Positions 1 to 13,720 of a stretch of 64,000 nucleotides of DNA are shown here, one piece after another. Position numbers and translations under genes: made by a program. Source of the DNA: Phyllobates terribilis (lineage: Eukaryota); assembly GCF_046119375.1 (NCBI RefSeq), contig NW_027362771.1:82026001-82090000 (forward strand). The letters are read 5' to 3'. Position 1 is the first letter of the stretch, and every line of letters starts with the position of its first letter. The notes beneath the pieces were generated by a model. That model searched no databases. It was given only the letters and a program-made list of their open reading frames with translations, and was not told where the DNA came from.

Positions 1-676
1 AAGCATATTTTTTACGCTTCTCCCTGGCGGGAAAATCGCATGCGGATATTACATGCGGTTTTCCCGCCAGGTAGAAGCGTTTGTGAGGCGTCTTTGCATG
101 CATTTCCGCATGCGGGTTATCAAGCACTTCTCCAAGCATCACTTGGAAAAGTGCTTGACAACTTGTTCAGAATGGTAAAAAATAAAAAAATAAACTTTAT
201 ACTCACCTTCTGATGCATTCTCTGCCCCGTCCGGAGGCTTGAGCGGCTCACGCTGTTGTGTGCAGGACCTGCGGTGACGTCATTGAGTCATGTGGTGGGT
301 CACATGACTCAATGACGTGGCAGGTCCTTCAGACAACAGCGCGACGGAGGGAAAACATCAGAAGATAAGTATAAACTTTATTTTATTCTTTTTTTTACAG
401 GTTCTTTGGTACCCAGGTCTGGATGAGAGTCTCCTCTCATCCAGACTTGGGTACCATCCGCACATTGATTCCGCTGCGCTTCCGCAAAATTAATGAACAT
501 GCTGCGGATTTTTGACCGTAGCATATACGCTGCGGAAAAATCCGCAGCATGGGCATTGACATTGCGGAATGCCATTGGGGACCATGGGGTGCGGATATAC
601 ATGCGTTTTTCAAGCGTTTACGCTGCGGAAATTCCGCAGCATATACGCTTGAAAAATGCTACGTGGGCACACAGCC
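1..676. mobile_element. Palindromic PIF/Harbinger-like MITE (left end outside window)
   Basis: Ends ...ACGTGGGCACACAGCC followed by TAA (677-679); internal hairpin 264-327 (GACGTCATTGAGTCATGTG / CACATGACTCAATGACGT) at the axis of symmetry; GGC terminus with TWA target is Harbinger-like. Confidence 0.65.
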
Positions 677-679
677 TAA

Positions 680-2643
680 AAGCTTTTTTTTAGAAATTTT
701 CCATTTTTTCAACATTTATTTACAAAACCCATTTTTTTAGGGACCACATCATCTTTGAAGTGACTTTGAGGGGATATATGACAAAAAAAAAGTGACACCA
801 TTTAAAAAACTGCACCCCTCAAGGTGCTCAAAACCACATTCAAGAATTATATTAACCCTTTAGATGCTTCACAGGAATTAAAACAATGTGGAAGGAAAAA
901 ATTTAAATGTTACTTTTTCATGAAAAAATGTTTTTAGCCCCAAATTTTTCATTTTCACAAGGGTAGCAGGAGAAAATGGACAATACAGTTTGTTGTGCAA
1001 TTTCTTCTGAAAATGGCAATACTCCATATGTGGTGGAAAACTACTATTTGGGACATGGCAGGGCTCGGAAGGGAAGGAGCACCATTTGACTTTTGAAGTG
1101 CAAAATTGTCTAGGCTAGATTAAGGACACAATGTGGTGTTTGCAGAGCCTCTGATGTGCCTAAACAGTGGAAAACCCCCACAAGTGACCCCATTTTGGAA
1201 ACTACACCCCTAAACGAATTTATCTAGAGGTTTGTTGAGCATCTTGAAGACACAGGTGCTTCACAGAATTTTATAACTTTGAGCTGTGAAAATGGAAAAA
1301 TAAATTTTTCCCATAAAAATTTAACTTTAGCCTCAAATATTTCATTTTCACAAAGGTAAGAGGAGAAAATAGACCATTCAATTTGTTGCGCAATTTATTC
1401 TGAGTAAAATAATACTCTATATGTGATGGAAAACTACTACTTGGGGGCATGGCAGGGCTTGGAAGGGAAGTAGCACCATTTAACTTTTGGGGTACAAACT
1501 TGTCTGGAATAGATAGTGGACACAATGTCGCGCTTGCTTAAGGCCCTGATGTGCCTAAACAATGGAACCCCCAAGTGACCCCATTTTGAAAACTCTACCC
1601 CTCAAAGAATTTATCTAGAGGTGTGGTGAGCATCTTGAACTCACAGATGCTTCACAGAATTTTAAAACATTGGACCATAAAACTTAAAAATGACGTTTTT
1701 TCCCAAAAAAATGTTGTTTTAGCCCCAAAAAAATTTCACAAAGATAACAGGAGGAAATGGGCCTCATACTTCATTGTGCAATTTCTCCTGAGTACAAAAA
1801 TATTCCATATGTACTCAGAAACTCTTGTTTGGGCAAAAGGCAGAGCTTGGAAGGGAAGGAGCACTATTTGATTTTTGGAGTGAAAAAATGTCTGAAAAAG
1901 ATTGTGGACACCATGTCTCATTTGGAGAGCCACCAAGGTCCCAGAACAGCAGAAAAACCACACAAGTGACCCCATTTAGGAAACTACACCTCTCGAAGAA
2001 TGCCTCTAGGGGTGTAGTGAGAATTTCACAGAATCTTATAATATTGGGTTGTGAAAATGAAAAGTTAGATTTTTTCCCCACTAAAATGTTGTTGTTAAGC
2101 TTTTAATTTTCAAAATAATAGGAGACATTGAGCAGCAAATTTAGTTGTTCATTTTCTCCTGAGTATGGCAGTGCCCCATATGTGGTCAAAAACTACTTTT
2201 TAGGAACAGTGCAAAGCTCAGAGGATCATATCGGACACAGATTTGCCTGCAATGGTTTGTGGGTGCCATGTCACATTGTCAGAGATTCTGAGGTATCAGG
2301 ATAGGAGTACCCACCATATGTGACCCCATTTTACAAACTACATCTCTTAATTAAATAATCTAGGTTGCTGCTGTGAGCATTTTGACACCACAATGTGTTT
2401 CACAAAATTTTATACCATTGAGTGGTAAAGAAATAAAAATAACATTTTTACCACTAAAATGTTGTTTTAGCCCTAGATTTTACATTTCCACAAGAGGAAA
2501 TAGGTAAAAATGACCACATAATTTGCTACACAATTTATTGTGAATGTTGCAAAACCCCATATGTACAGTACTGTTTGGCCACATGGGGAGACTCAGGAGA
2601 GAAGGAATGCTATTTAACTCTCGGAGAAAATTTTTTAGTAGAA
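680..2643. repeat. ~391-bp degenerate tandem units in the interior of a TTAA (piggyBac-like) non-autonomous element
   Basis: AAGTGACCCCATTTT..AAACTACACCCC motif recurs at 790, 1182, 1573, 1964 and about 2318. Confidence 0.75.
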
Positions 2644-2645
2644 TA

Positions 2646-3818
2646 CAGGTGCATCTCACTAAATTAGAATATCATCAAAAAGTTAATTTATTTCAGTTCT
2701 TCAATACAAAAAGTGAAACTCATGTATTAAATAGAGTCATTACAAACAGAGTGATCTATTTCAAGTGTTTATTTCTGTTAATGTTGATGATTATGGCTTA
2801 CAGCCAATGAAAACACAAAAGTCATTATCTCAGTAAATTAGAATACTTTATAACAAACAACTTGAAAAATGTTTTTAAAATCTGAAATGTTGGCCTACTG
2901 AAATGTATGTGCAGTAAATGCACTCAATACTTGGTCGGAGCTCCTTTTGCATCAATTACTGCATCAATGCGGCGTGGCATGGAGGCGATCAACCTGTGGC
3001 ACTGCTGATGTGTTATGGAAGCCCAGGTTGCTTTGATAGCAGCCTTCAGCTCGTCTGCATTGTTGGGTCTGGTGTCTCTCATCTTCCTCTTGACAATACC
3101 CAATAGATTCTCTATGGGGTTAAGGTCAGGCGAGTTTGCTTGCCAATCAAGCACAGTGATACTGCTGTTTTTAAACCAGGTATTGGTACTTTTGGCAGTG
3201 TGGACAGGTGCCAAGTCCAGCTGGAGAATGAAATTTGCATCTCCACAAAGCTTGTCGGCAGAGGGAAGCATGAAGTGCTCTAAAATTTCCTGGTAGACGA
3301 CTGCGCTGACTTTGGTCTTGATAAAACACAGTGGACCTACACCAGCAGATGACATGGCTCCCCAAACCATCACTGATTGTGGAAACTTCACAATAGACCT
3401 CAAGCAGCTTGGATTGTGTGCCTATTCACTCTTCCTCCAGACTTTGGGATCTTGATTTCCAAATGAAAATTGGAACTCTGGGACCTTGTGGACTGTGTCA
3501 ATGACTGCCTTCTGGACATCTGTCAAGTCAGCAGTCTTTCCCATGATTGTGGAGCCTACTGAAACAGACTAAGGGACCTTTTTAAAAGGCTTAGGAAGCC
3601 TTTGCAGGTGTTTTTGTTAATTATTTTAATTTACTGAGATAATGACTTTTGTGTTTTCATTGGCTGTAAGCCATAATCATCAACATTAACAGAAATAAAC
3701 ACTTGAAATAGATTTGTTTGTAATGGCTCTATATAATATATGAGTTTCACTTTTTAGAATTGAATAACTGAACTAAATTAACTTTTTGATGATATTCTAA
3801 TTTTGTGAGATGCACCTG
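2646..3818 (-). mobile_element. Tc1-family DNA transposon, internally deleted (1173 bp)
   Basis: TA|CAGGTGCATCTC...GAGATGCACCTG|TA; ~205-bp TIRs; only the C-terminal transposase remains. Confidence 0.95.
2924..3403 (-). pseudogene. Tc1 transposase C-terminal (DDE) fragment
   Basis: VMVWGAMS, QLD(QQD), SPDLNPIEN and IDAKGAPTKY motifs; N-terminal half deleted. Confidence 0.92.
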
Positions 3819-3820
3819 TA

Positions 3821-4388
3821 GTTTGAAGACTCCCCATACAGAGCCCCTAAGTGCCAGAAGACCAGAATCTCCCTCAATTAACCTCAGTTGGGAAATTACA
3901 CCCCTCTGGGAATTTATATACAGGTGTAGTTATGATTTTGACTCCATGGGCATTTTCCAGAAACGACCAGCAGTGGATTTTGCTAAGTGAAAATGCAAAT
4001 ATGCCATTGTAATGCCAGTAGATGTAGATAATAGTGCCCAGTATGTAGTAGTGCCCATACATTGTACCCAGCTTGCGCTTCTGGAGACACCCTGTAAATT
4101 AAGTGGACTCTCCTCATTATAGAAATGCCAAACATGTGGACGCTAACTGCGATTTGGGCACACTGTGGGGCTCTGGAGGAGTGGGTATTTGGATTTGGGA
4201 GTACAAATTTTGCTGGATTTCTTTTGGTGGGAGCCACGCCACTTTCCCAGAACCTTTGTGGACCCTATATTTCTGTTAAGAGATGACAAACCTGAGTGGG
4301 GACTTGTTTTTTGTGGGTTGAGTAGAAGCTTTTATTGGTGGCATTTTGGGGTACAGAATATTTTGGATCAATTAGCATTTATCCTGTG
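3821..4388. mobile_element. Continuation of the TTAA/piggyBac-like element between the Tc1 and hAT insertions
   Basis: Same motif family (GGAAATTACACCCCTC, TTTTGTGGG..GAG) as 680-2643; sequence resumes at 11374 after the hAT TSD. Confidence 0.55.
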
Positions 4389-4588
4389 CTCTACGCCAGG
4401 GGCTGGCTGGCAAATTTTAGCCTGGGGGGCAAGCACACAATTGTGGCTCATGTGTCGTGGCTCATCAGTATCATATTTACCTCTGGCTGCTTCATAAATT
4501 AAGGTAACAAGGCTTTAAAAAAACAAAAACTGGTGTGTTATTGGGATGGTACACACCTATGCAATTACAGATAGTTTGTTGTCTGTAA

Positions 4589-5068
4589 AGCTATGTTCAC
4601 ACATTGTGTTTTTTTATGCTTTTTTTATTTACATTTTCTGCTGCATTTTACAGTACCAGCAAAATCTATGAGATTCCAGAAATCTCATGCACACATCTTG
4701 GTTTTTGTTTCACCAGTATTTTGTTCTTTGCATGTTTTTTTGCACAATAGAGCATGTCACTTCTTTCAGTGTTTTTTCAGATTCTTGCATTTTTCACCCA
4801 TTGGAAGTAATGGGTGGTGAAAAAATGCTGAAAAAACGCACCAAAAAATGCAGGTATCAGGTTTTGCGGCGTTTTTTGTGCCAAAACTGGATGAAATAAA
4901 ATGAGATTTTTTTTTTCACTGAGCATTATGTACATGCATAAGGAGACAAAAGAACAGTGAAAAAATGCAGCAAAAAAACAAACAAAATCCTGAACAACCC
5001 TTCCTGGCAAGAGATTAAGTTTGTGCTGCAGAAAAAAAACGCTTAAAGCACCTTGTCTGAACATAGCC
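4589..5068. mobile_element. Harbinger-like MITE
   Basis: Termini AGCTATGTTCACAC...GTCTGAACATAGCC; same family as 26848-27785. Confidence 0.65.
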
Positions 5069-5764
5069 CAACAGCGCAGGACTTGAACAAAAAAACCTTT
5101 TCTGTAGGTATGCAGAGGCACCTAGGAGGGGCTGTAGGAAACCTGCTTACATGCATTTAAAGGTGATGGGCAGTGTGGGTGTGTGCTCACCATGTCAGTG
5201 TGGGTGTGCGCTCACCATGTCAGTGCGTGTGAGCGCTCACCATGTCAGTGCGTGTGGGCTTTCATCCCCCTCTCCCGTTTGCAGTTCCCATTCACTGCAC
5301 TCAAGAATCACATAGTAGCGGGTGTTTGATGAAGAGAGGTGAGAGGGATGATGGTGCACCTGCACTGACCATGTGCACAGCGCCAGAGATTAAATTCAAA
5401 CAGCGCTCGCTCTGGGCAAGTGAGCTTTGTCAATCGAGCTAAGAAGAGGTGCACAGCAAGGTGATTGACTGGGTGAAATAGTGCACTGAGCCCTTGGCCA
5501 TGCAAAGGGTGCACCGAGGAGCACTCATTTACATTTAAAAAAGAACCTAAAAAGTGAAATCTATACAGCAGGTTTTATAGGGGCTATGTACCCTGTAGGA
5601 ATGTATAAGTAGCTTAAATTGTGTTTTGATGGTGGTAGATTTCCTTTAAGCAGGGTATATGTTTTTTTTTAAGTGTAGTAAAGCATGGTACGCTGTGCTT
5701 TTCTACACTTCTAAAATGTATTAAAATTAATACATGTACTCAGTGTAAAGGTAGTGAATGTAAG

Positions 5765-7055
5765 TGTAGCGCCCCGTGGGTTCGGCCGCTACAGGGGTAT
5801 TGCACCTCTGCCAGAGGTGTGCTATTCCACTCCCAGGTAAGGATGGAGTATGAACCAGGGCTCAGTTAGCTGCATACAGCACACACACCCCATTTCCGAG
5901 GGACAGCTCAACGGTGCTCCCACTAGACAGAAGTGCAGGCACGACCGACTATGTCCCTGTCTGGAGTGGGGAGGGGGGGTGGAACACCCAGTGCTGTAGG
6001 GGCAGATAGGGGTTGGTTCCTGAGCGTAGGAAGGAGCCCATTGGTTGCTGGTCACCTGGGCTCATGGTCAGAGGGAGGTATAAAAGGGGGGCACCATCTT
6101 AGCTCTGGGAGAAGAAGAGAGGAAAAGGGTCTGTCCAGAGAGGAGAGGACAGGGAGTAGAGGCTCTGTAGGAGCTCTACTCCAGGAGGGCCTAGTGAGAG
6201 GCCGAGGAGGAGGTGAAGGGGAGCTGTGGTGTCACCTCAGCTCAGCTCCACGAGAAGGGAGGAGAAGAAGGAACAGGAAAGAAGAAGGAGAGACAGAGAA
6301 ACAGAAGGGCTCAGGAACAAGAAGGAAGAAGGGACCCTAAGAACCCACGAGAATACAGGGTGAAGGGTCAGGCAGATTAAAGGTGCTGGATCCCAAGTTG
6401 GTGGAGGAGAAACTACCCTCAGCCAAAGACCGGACGTCGTGACCATTTATTGGTGCGACACCTCATCAAACCTGCTAGGAAGGCACCATATAGGACAGCG
6501 GAGGACGGGGCCCACGTTTAACCGCACGAGTCCGCGGCAGCTGGACAAAAGTGGGTCACTGGTGAGGCAGGCCAGAGAAAGGATTGAAGGGGGTCCTGAG
6601 CCATACTCTTGAGCTGCCTGGGAGTTGACCGAGCCCCTCACCTGGTGGACGCAGCACTGCTCGGGCGGTCATTCCCTGCAGAAGTGACTTGGATATTAAC
6701 CGTGAGTAAAGACCCTGGACTGCAGTACGTTGCCTGTGTGCTTTTTCGCTCCTCCGGCACTACCGGTACTGGGACTCTCACCACCATCACTCCCACCATC
6801 CACTACACTGCCCTGGCGCCGCACTCTTCCCGTGGGGAGTCACACCATCCCAACTGCATACATCATCGGCCTCAGCGGTCTGCCCTGCAGCGGCGGTTCC
6901 TAATAACCGCAATCCACGGGTGGCGTAGTCGGACCTTATCTAAAAGACTGCCACTGGTCTGACCACCCTGAGCCACGGGACCGGGTCGCCACTATTACCC
7001 CCATCGTCTCCCTATTGCCCGGTTCCGAGTGCCCCACGGCCCAGGGGGCGAGTCA
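5765..7055 (+). mobile_element. Solo LTR (1291 bp), same family as the LTRs of the CSD element
   Basis: TGTAGCGCCCC...GGGGGCGAGTCA; 4-bp TSD TAAG; TATA (GGTATAAAAG, ~6078) and AGTAAA (~6705); homologous to 7821-9097 and 27790-29062. Confidence 0.92.
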
Positions 7056-7289
7056 TAAGTATAGCAAAGAAAAATCTGAAACTATTCATTGACAGCTTAA
7101 GAAGAGATCTATGATAATGTAAAATTTTTCATTAACTGTGACTTTACAGTCTCAGATTTTTTCTTTCCTATGCATTAATGAAATGCGATGTTTAAATTTG
7201 GGGACATATAGTTATAAAAATATAAGTATAGGTCTACTGCATCTGACCATTGTAGAATGAATCTGCAAAGTGGTAGCTCTGAATAACCT

Positions 7290-7820
7290 GTCATGTATGA
7301 CATATGATGTCTGTATATACAGTATAGGATATATGTCATATTATCCTGTATATGCACCTGATGTCTGTGCACATAGTATACCGTATACAGGATAATATAT
7401 GACTAGAATAAGATAAAGTGTGAGACACACATCAGACATTACACCAGCTGCATATTATCCTGTATATAACATCTGATGTCAGTGTATATAGGATATATGT
7501 CAGTATATATTATAGTATGACTGCACACATCAGATATTACACCAATCACATATTATCCTGTATATTAGGTCAGATGTTTGTACACATCCAGTACACAGGA
7601 TCACTGGTGGACACAGACAAAAGAGGGTCCCTGTTCAGGAGCAGTATATTGGTCTTTTACAGTCCAGTAGCTCATCATAATGCATAATTCTGCATTTTTG
7701 AGGTGGAAATGGGCCTCCTTGCCTCTTGGGCCCCTGTGCGACTGCACAGGTTGCACCAATGATATGTCCGCCCCAGCACAGGATAATATGTGACTGCTAT
7801 ATGATACACATTGATACAGA
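7290..7820. repeat. AT-rich degenerate tandem repeat (ACATCAGATG / TATTATCCTGTATA motifs); resumes at 9573-9714 and 10752-10900
   Basis: Recurring motifs interrupted by two LTR insertions. Confidence 0.55.
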
Positions 7821-9568
7821 TGTAGCGCCCCGAGGGTTCGGTCGCTACAGAGGTATTGCACCTCAACCAGAGGTGTGATATCCCACTCCCGGGTAAGGAT
7901 GGTGTGTGGACCAGGACTCAGTTAGCTGCATGCATCACACACACCCCATTTCCAGGGGACAGCTCAACGGTGCTCCCATTAGTACAGTAATGCAGGCACG
8001 ACAGATCATGTCCCTGGCTGGAGGGGGGAGGACAACCCAGTGATGTAGGAGCAGGAGGGGACGGTTTCTGGGCATAGGTAGGAGCCCATTGGTTGCAAGT
8101 CACCTGGGCTCATACACAGAGAGGGAGGTATAAGAGGTGGGCACCATCTTAGAACAGAGAGGAGAGAGAGTTCAGTCATGCAGAGAAGAAGTGCAGTCTG
8201 TGAGGAGAGGCTCTGCAGGAGCTCTGCTCCAGGGCCAGGCCTAGAGTAGAGGCCGGGGCCCGAGAGAAGAGAGGAGAACAGAAAGGAAAGAAAGAAGGAA
8301 CAGAACACCAAGAGAGGCCCAGAGACATGAAGGCAGAAGGAACCCTAAGGACCCAGGAGATTACGGGTGACGGGTTGGTAGAACAGGGTACCGGATCCCA
8401 AGTTGGTGGAGGTGACTAATCATTAACCAAGAACCGGTGGTCGAGATCATTTACTGGTGCGACCCCTCACTACACCTACTAGGAAGGCACACCACATAGG
8501 GTCAGGGAAGTGGACACCCAGTCCTCCCAGGAGAAGACCCGAGGCAGCTGGACAGAAGTAGTGTCACTGGTGGATCACGGCTGACGAAAGGAGAGAAGGG
8601 AGTCTTGTGCCACACTCCGGAATTGCCTGGGGGTTGATCGAGCCCCCTGCCTGGTGGACGCAGCACGGCTCAGGCGGTCCTACCTGTGCACAAGTGACCT
8701 GGATGTGAACTGTGAGTAAAGAACCTGAACTGCAACACCTTGTCTCTGTGCTTCCTCACCGTGTACAGCACTACTAGTACTGGGACGCCCCGCACCACAA
8801 CCACCATCATCGTTCTACACTGCCCTGAGGCTATACTCCTCCCGTGGGGAGTTGTACTACACTCTGCTGCACCCACAACACCAGCCTCAGCGGTCTGCCC
8901 TGCAGCGGCGCTTCATCCTGACCGCAATCCACGGGTGGCGTAGTCGGACATTTAATCATAAAAAACACATAAATAGACTGCCACTGGTTTGACCACCCTG
9001 AGCCACGGGACCGGGTCGCCGCCACGGTGACTACAACCCTCAGCATCCACAAAAAGGCCCGGCTCCGGGCTCCCCACGCAGCCCAGGGGGCGCGTCAACT
9101 TTGGCGTAGTCGGCAGGATTGTGACCAACCCGCCACAAACGGGTATTGCGTGCCTGAAAAAGACTGTACACTTACTTGAAAAAGAGGTTTCCCGCCATCA
9201 GGAGCCGTTTCCCGCCATCTTCAGTCGTTTCCCGCCATCTTCAGCCGTTTTCCCGCCATCGGACGCCATCTTCGGGACGCCGCGCGGGAAGAAGAGGGGC
9301 GTGGATGTAAAAAACGCGCAAAGTTCGAAGCCCCGCCTCATGCGCTGACGCCGCACAAGGTCCTGGAAGGAGCCCAGCGAGCGCTGACGTCAGTAGCGCG
9401 CGACGCCAGGTCCTCAACGCAGACCATCGTCAGCGGAGCCGCGGCCTACAGAAGACGATCGTCGGAAGGTAGGCCACGGTTAACCAGGATCGCCACGGTG
9501 ACTACAAACCCCAGCATCCCACAAAAGGCCCGGTTCCGGGTTCCCCACGTGGCCCAGGGGGCGCGTCA
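7821..9568 (+). mobile_element. Deleted LTR retroelement: full 5' LTR (7821-9097), PBS, leader, and only the last ~78 bp of the 3' LTR (9491-9568)
   Basis: TGTAGCG start; GGGGGCGCGTCA ends at 9097 and 9568; 4-bp TSD CAGA on both sides; PBS at 9102-9120. Confidence 0.9.
9102..9120 (+). promoter_or_regulatory. Primer-binding site, tRNA-Ser
   Basis: TGGCGTAGTCGGCAGGATT, 4 nt after the LTR end; complementary to the vertebrate tRNA-Ser 3' end ...AATCCTGCCGACTACGCCA (recalled, not searched). Confidence 0.88.
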
Positions 9569-9718
9569 CAGACATCAGATGTTATAATACATATTGTCAT
9601 CTATATGTGTGTGTACATATAACAATGTGTATACTGTATTACATCTGATGTCTGTAGTCACAGTATCTCGTCTACCAGGACTGTATGTACTGTGCTGTGC
9701 ACTGACATTAGATGGTAT

Positions 9719-10747
9719 TGTGTCACCCAGGGGGAATATAGGGGACTCGGTACCCGGTCCTTTTACCTTGTTTAGGAGATCACGGCAGTCGGCTCCCGGG
9801 CCCGTACTCTGGGTCTCTCTTTAAAAAGGGGTTTTAGTGTACAGTTTGTCTCGTGACGCCACCTGTGGTTTCCGGTAATGGTTACCGGCGCTGCTGCAGA
9901 CCTCCGGGGAGTGATGGGATGGCAGCTGGGATGTTTCTGCTCCCCACAGGTGGAGCGGGCCCCCGGGGCAGTGTAGGTGCAGATGGTGGTGATGCTGGGG
10001 CTTGTGGTGCAGGAGAGATGGCGCAGCAGGAGTAACTGACAGAGACAGGGGATTCACTTCAGTACCTTTACTGGTGCGGATGTCAGGTACGGTCCAGGGT
10101 ACTCGGTAGGAAGGGTGTACTTCAGGACTTCTCCCCAGTGAGCGGGTATAAGGCCTCCTGGTCCATGTCTCCCTCTCTCTAAGCTCCTGGCCAGCCTGCA
10201 ACTGGGCCTAGCTTCTGTGTCGTGCTGTTCCTTCACCTGTCGCTTGGTAGTAGGACTTTTTTCTGGCAACCACTATCCCTGGACGCCGGGGCCTTCATGG
10301 TTCCTAGTCCTGTTAAGGGTTTAGCTTCAGGTCGACCAGGGACTTGTAGTCCTCCTGGTATGCCGGTGATCCCTACTGGGTATAAAGGACCCTGTAGGCG
10401 CGGACCCGGTGTCCAGTTCGTGTCTTGGGGTGAGCCTATGATGCTTCTCTGCCCCCTCAACTCCTCTCTCCTCTCCTCTTTGCCTCCGGCCACACTCGGG
10501 GCCCTCAAAACAGAAGCAGCAGACGTGCTGCATCTTCACTGCTCTCAGTGGCAGCACACTCGCTCTCAGACTGAGACTGAACTGCCTGGCTCCACCCTCC
10601 ATATATATATATATCCCTAACGGGCTCCCTCTGGTGGTATGAGGTGGAAGGGTGGAGGTGTTTGTTTGTAACGAGGGCCTCTTGTGGAGAAGTCCATCCA
10701 TGCACCCTTTTGGGTCCTGTGGTACCTGTGAACAGCAGGGTGCCACA
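9719..10747 (-). mobile_element. Solo LTR of a second family (1029 bp)
   Basis: TGTGTCACCC...GGGTGCCACA inverted termini; 4-bp TSD GTAT; (TA)n TATA region ~10602-10615 and AGTAAA ~10067-10072 on the minus strand. Confidence 0.88.
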
Positions 10748-11373
10748 GTATCATGGTTTATGCACTGGACTGATCCAGTATCAGTTACAGGATGTTATAA
10801 TAGCTGCCTGTGTATATATAATCTGTAGTCCTGTAGCTGCAGGATCAGTCCTGTGCAGGTTCTGTATATGCATGTCTGCAGTGACTGTATTATCTGGGGC
10901 AGTTTGAACCCTCATACAGATCTGAGCTGATGATCGCACCCTGCAGCCCGACCTCCGACCTGCATGAAGGTGCAAACTGCTATAATAAAACCCCCCTGAT
11001 CCTCCCTCAGCAGAGCGGCCATAAAGTTCAGGATGCGACCCTGGACTTGTGAGGGGTTATCATGGCACAGCCCCCTCCTCTCTGTACAAACTGTGTAAAT
11101 CTCCTGCCTTTCTCACATCACGGAGCCCAGACTTACCAGGATCCAGAGATCATGTCTGACCTTCCCCACTGCTCACAGGAAGGTCAGCATGAGGTGAGCA
11201 GTGTCTGCTCTGTGCTGCAGTCCACCAGCCGGCACATGTACACATTAACATACATTGCAGGCTGCAGCCTCTAAATCAGCAGATGGCTGTGCGGCCCTGA
11301 ACAACTGCTTTGGGACCGGCATGGGAGGCATATGCCCCCCTGCTTCAATGGCCAGTCCGCCCCTGCTCTATGC

Positions 11374-11927
11374 TGAGCCCTTACATCAGGGTTTCCATCT
11401 AAATCTACAAAATATGTGATTCTGATGAAACCGAGAGGGATCCATTCACTAATGAGGCAGCAGAGATACTCTGTACTCTGTGTGGCTTCTGTTCGGTGGT
11501 ATCTGGCTTTTAAGAGGTGTACAAAACTGTGACCGACCGCGCTTTTATGCACGCCTAAAATTTAGTAACGGCCGGATCATAGGCCAGACAGAATCCACAT
11601 CTCTTTTTAGGTTTGGCTGCTATCACACACTGAACAAACCTTTTTTTGTTTTCACAAAAACAAGTTTTTGCATCGCCAAATTTTGAGAGCTATAATTTCT
11701 CTGTATTTCTGCCTACAGAGTCATATGAGGGCTTATTTTTTGTGGGACGAGTTGACGTTTTTATTGGTAACATTTTTGGGCACATAATATTTTTTGATCA
11801 CTTACTATTTTGATTTTTGGGAGGCAGAATGAACAATAACTAGCAACTCGGAGATTGTATTTTTTTTTAAAGAAAATTTATGCCGTTCACCGTATGGTAA
11901 AAGTGAAAAGGCAGCTTTATTCTTCGG
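11374..11927. mobile_element. Further piece of the TTAA/piggyBac-like element
   Basis: Lies between two hAT insertions; continues across TSD GTCAGAAT into 19871. Confidence 0.55.
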
Positions 11928-13120
11928 GTCAGAATTAGTGATGAGCGAATATGTTTGAAATACGATCTACAAACTTAAATTCGACACGAATATGGCACAT
12001 TCGGATTCGTGATCGGAAAGGCAAGCATTTTTACTTCAATTCTGGAAAATCGGTAACGTTCAGCAAATAAGTGCGGGAAAATGACTGCGGGGTAACTACA
12101 GTTTTTTAACAGTTTGGCTAGCATAGTGCTTATGTATGATGAGCGGGGGGACATGTGTGATGGATGAGTGGAGCGGCTGGTGATAGCTCAGAAGAGGTCA
12201 GAGGAGCCGCACGCTTGTAATCTTTTTTTTTCTTCCTGTAACTTTAAGTGAGGAAAGCACGGCTAGCCAATCACAGCGCAGGAAGCATCCACACTATCCA
12301 GACACAAGGGCTTCTGACATTGGCTGCTGAAATCACTTCATCTCTATATAAAGAGCGGCCATGTTCCCTCAGCGCCATTTTATGCATGGTGATAGACGCT
12401 GCTGCTGAGTGTGCTCCTGTTTAATTAGAGATATTAGCTAGGTAGACAGGCGATTGTTTTGAAGTCAGATAGTTTAGATAAGTACTCTGCTCTGTACCTG
12501 TGAAATCGACCTTGCAGAACTTTTTTCTTGTGCAATTACCCAGGTTCAGACAAAAACAGCTGGGCCCATGGCATAGAACTGTGTTGTGCACGGCTTGTAT
12601 TGTTCTCTATGCACCAGTATCACTTCAATCTACTTTTTTCACTTGCTAATGTGATACAGCAAGCAAGCCCTAGCAGCCCACCTGTTCATTTAGTGGGGTT
12701 GAACTTGAGCTGTATGCAGACTCAGCCGAGCTCCTGAGTGCAGAGCACAAAACTTTTTTTTCATTTGCTAATGTGATAGTGCAAGCTATAGCAGCCCACT
12801 TTGTCATTTTTTGTGGGTGAAATTCAGCTGTATACACAGTAAAAAATATATATTTTTTTCTGTTGCTAGCCAGACTACAAAACTGCAAGACTACACAACT
12901 TTAAGATAGGTTTTCACCAAGACAGCACTGAGGCACACAGAGTGCATCGCAGCTCTACACTTCCAACTTCATCAATGCCAAAATATTAGCAGCCGCAGTA
13001 GTGTAAGTGGCAGAAGCAATTTCTGTGAGTCCTTTCACACAGTTTTAGATCAGCTTGTGCAACAGCACAACAGAGTACAAGTCTGACACGTGGTGAATGA
13101 CTGGAGAGGGTGGTGCACTA

Positions 13121-13720
13121 CTGATTGAGTCTCCATCTGCAAGTTGGCTGTAGTGGAAGAGACGTCGGTTCCCATTATACTACTTCTACTCTACTGTAAT
13201 TGATGATACTTTGGTGGTTTTAGGCCCTAATATTTTAAAATGTGAACACTCCTGATTGAGTCTCCATCTACTGGGTTGGCTGTAGTGGAAGAGGTATCGG
13301 TCCCCATTATACTATTTCTACTCTAATGAAATTGATGCCACTTTGTTGGTGTCTGCCACTAATTTTTTGAAATGTGGAGAATCCTGATTCTGTCTCCATC
13401 TATTGGGTTGGCTGTAGTGGAAGAGGTGTCGTTCCTAATTCTACAATTTCTATTATGCTGAATTTGATGCCACTTTGCTGGTGTCTGCCACAAATTTTTG
13501 TAAATGTGGAGAATCTTGATTGGGTCTCCATTTACTGGGTTGGCCGTAGTGGAAGAAGTGTCTGTCTCCTTTATACTACTTCTAATCTACTGAAATTAAT
13601 GCCACTTCGGTGGTGTCAGGCCCTAATTTTTTTAATGTGAATACTCCTGATTGGGTCTCCATTTGCTGGGTTGGCTGTAGTGGAAGAGGTTTTGGTCTCC
13701 ATTATAATAATTATAATAAA
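13121..13720. repeat. ~132-bp tandem repeat, about 4.7 copies (orphan unit near 14140)
   Basis: CTGATT..GTCTCCATC..GGGTTGGCTGTAGTGGAAGAG at 13121, 13252, 13384, 13516, 13647. Confidence 0.85.

Larger units (their letters stand above)
4397..11365. mobile_element. Non-autonomous hAT element expanded by nested insertions
   Basis: TIRs CAGGGGCTGGCTGGC / GGCCAGTCCGCCCCTG; 8-bp TSD CTCTACGC (4389-4396) vs CTCTATGC (11366-11373). Confidence 0.8.

Noticed and set aside
5822-10746. Many 60-140 aa ORFs in LTRs (also 27951-29086 and 31546-32618)
   Set aside because: Spurious ORFs in GC-rich LTRs, many starting at non-ATG codons, with no domain motifs
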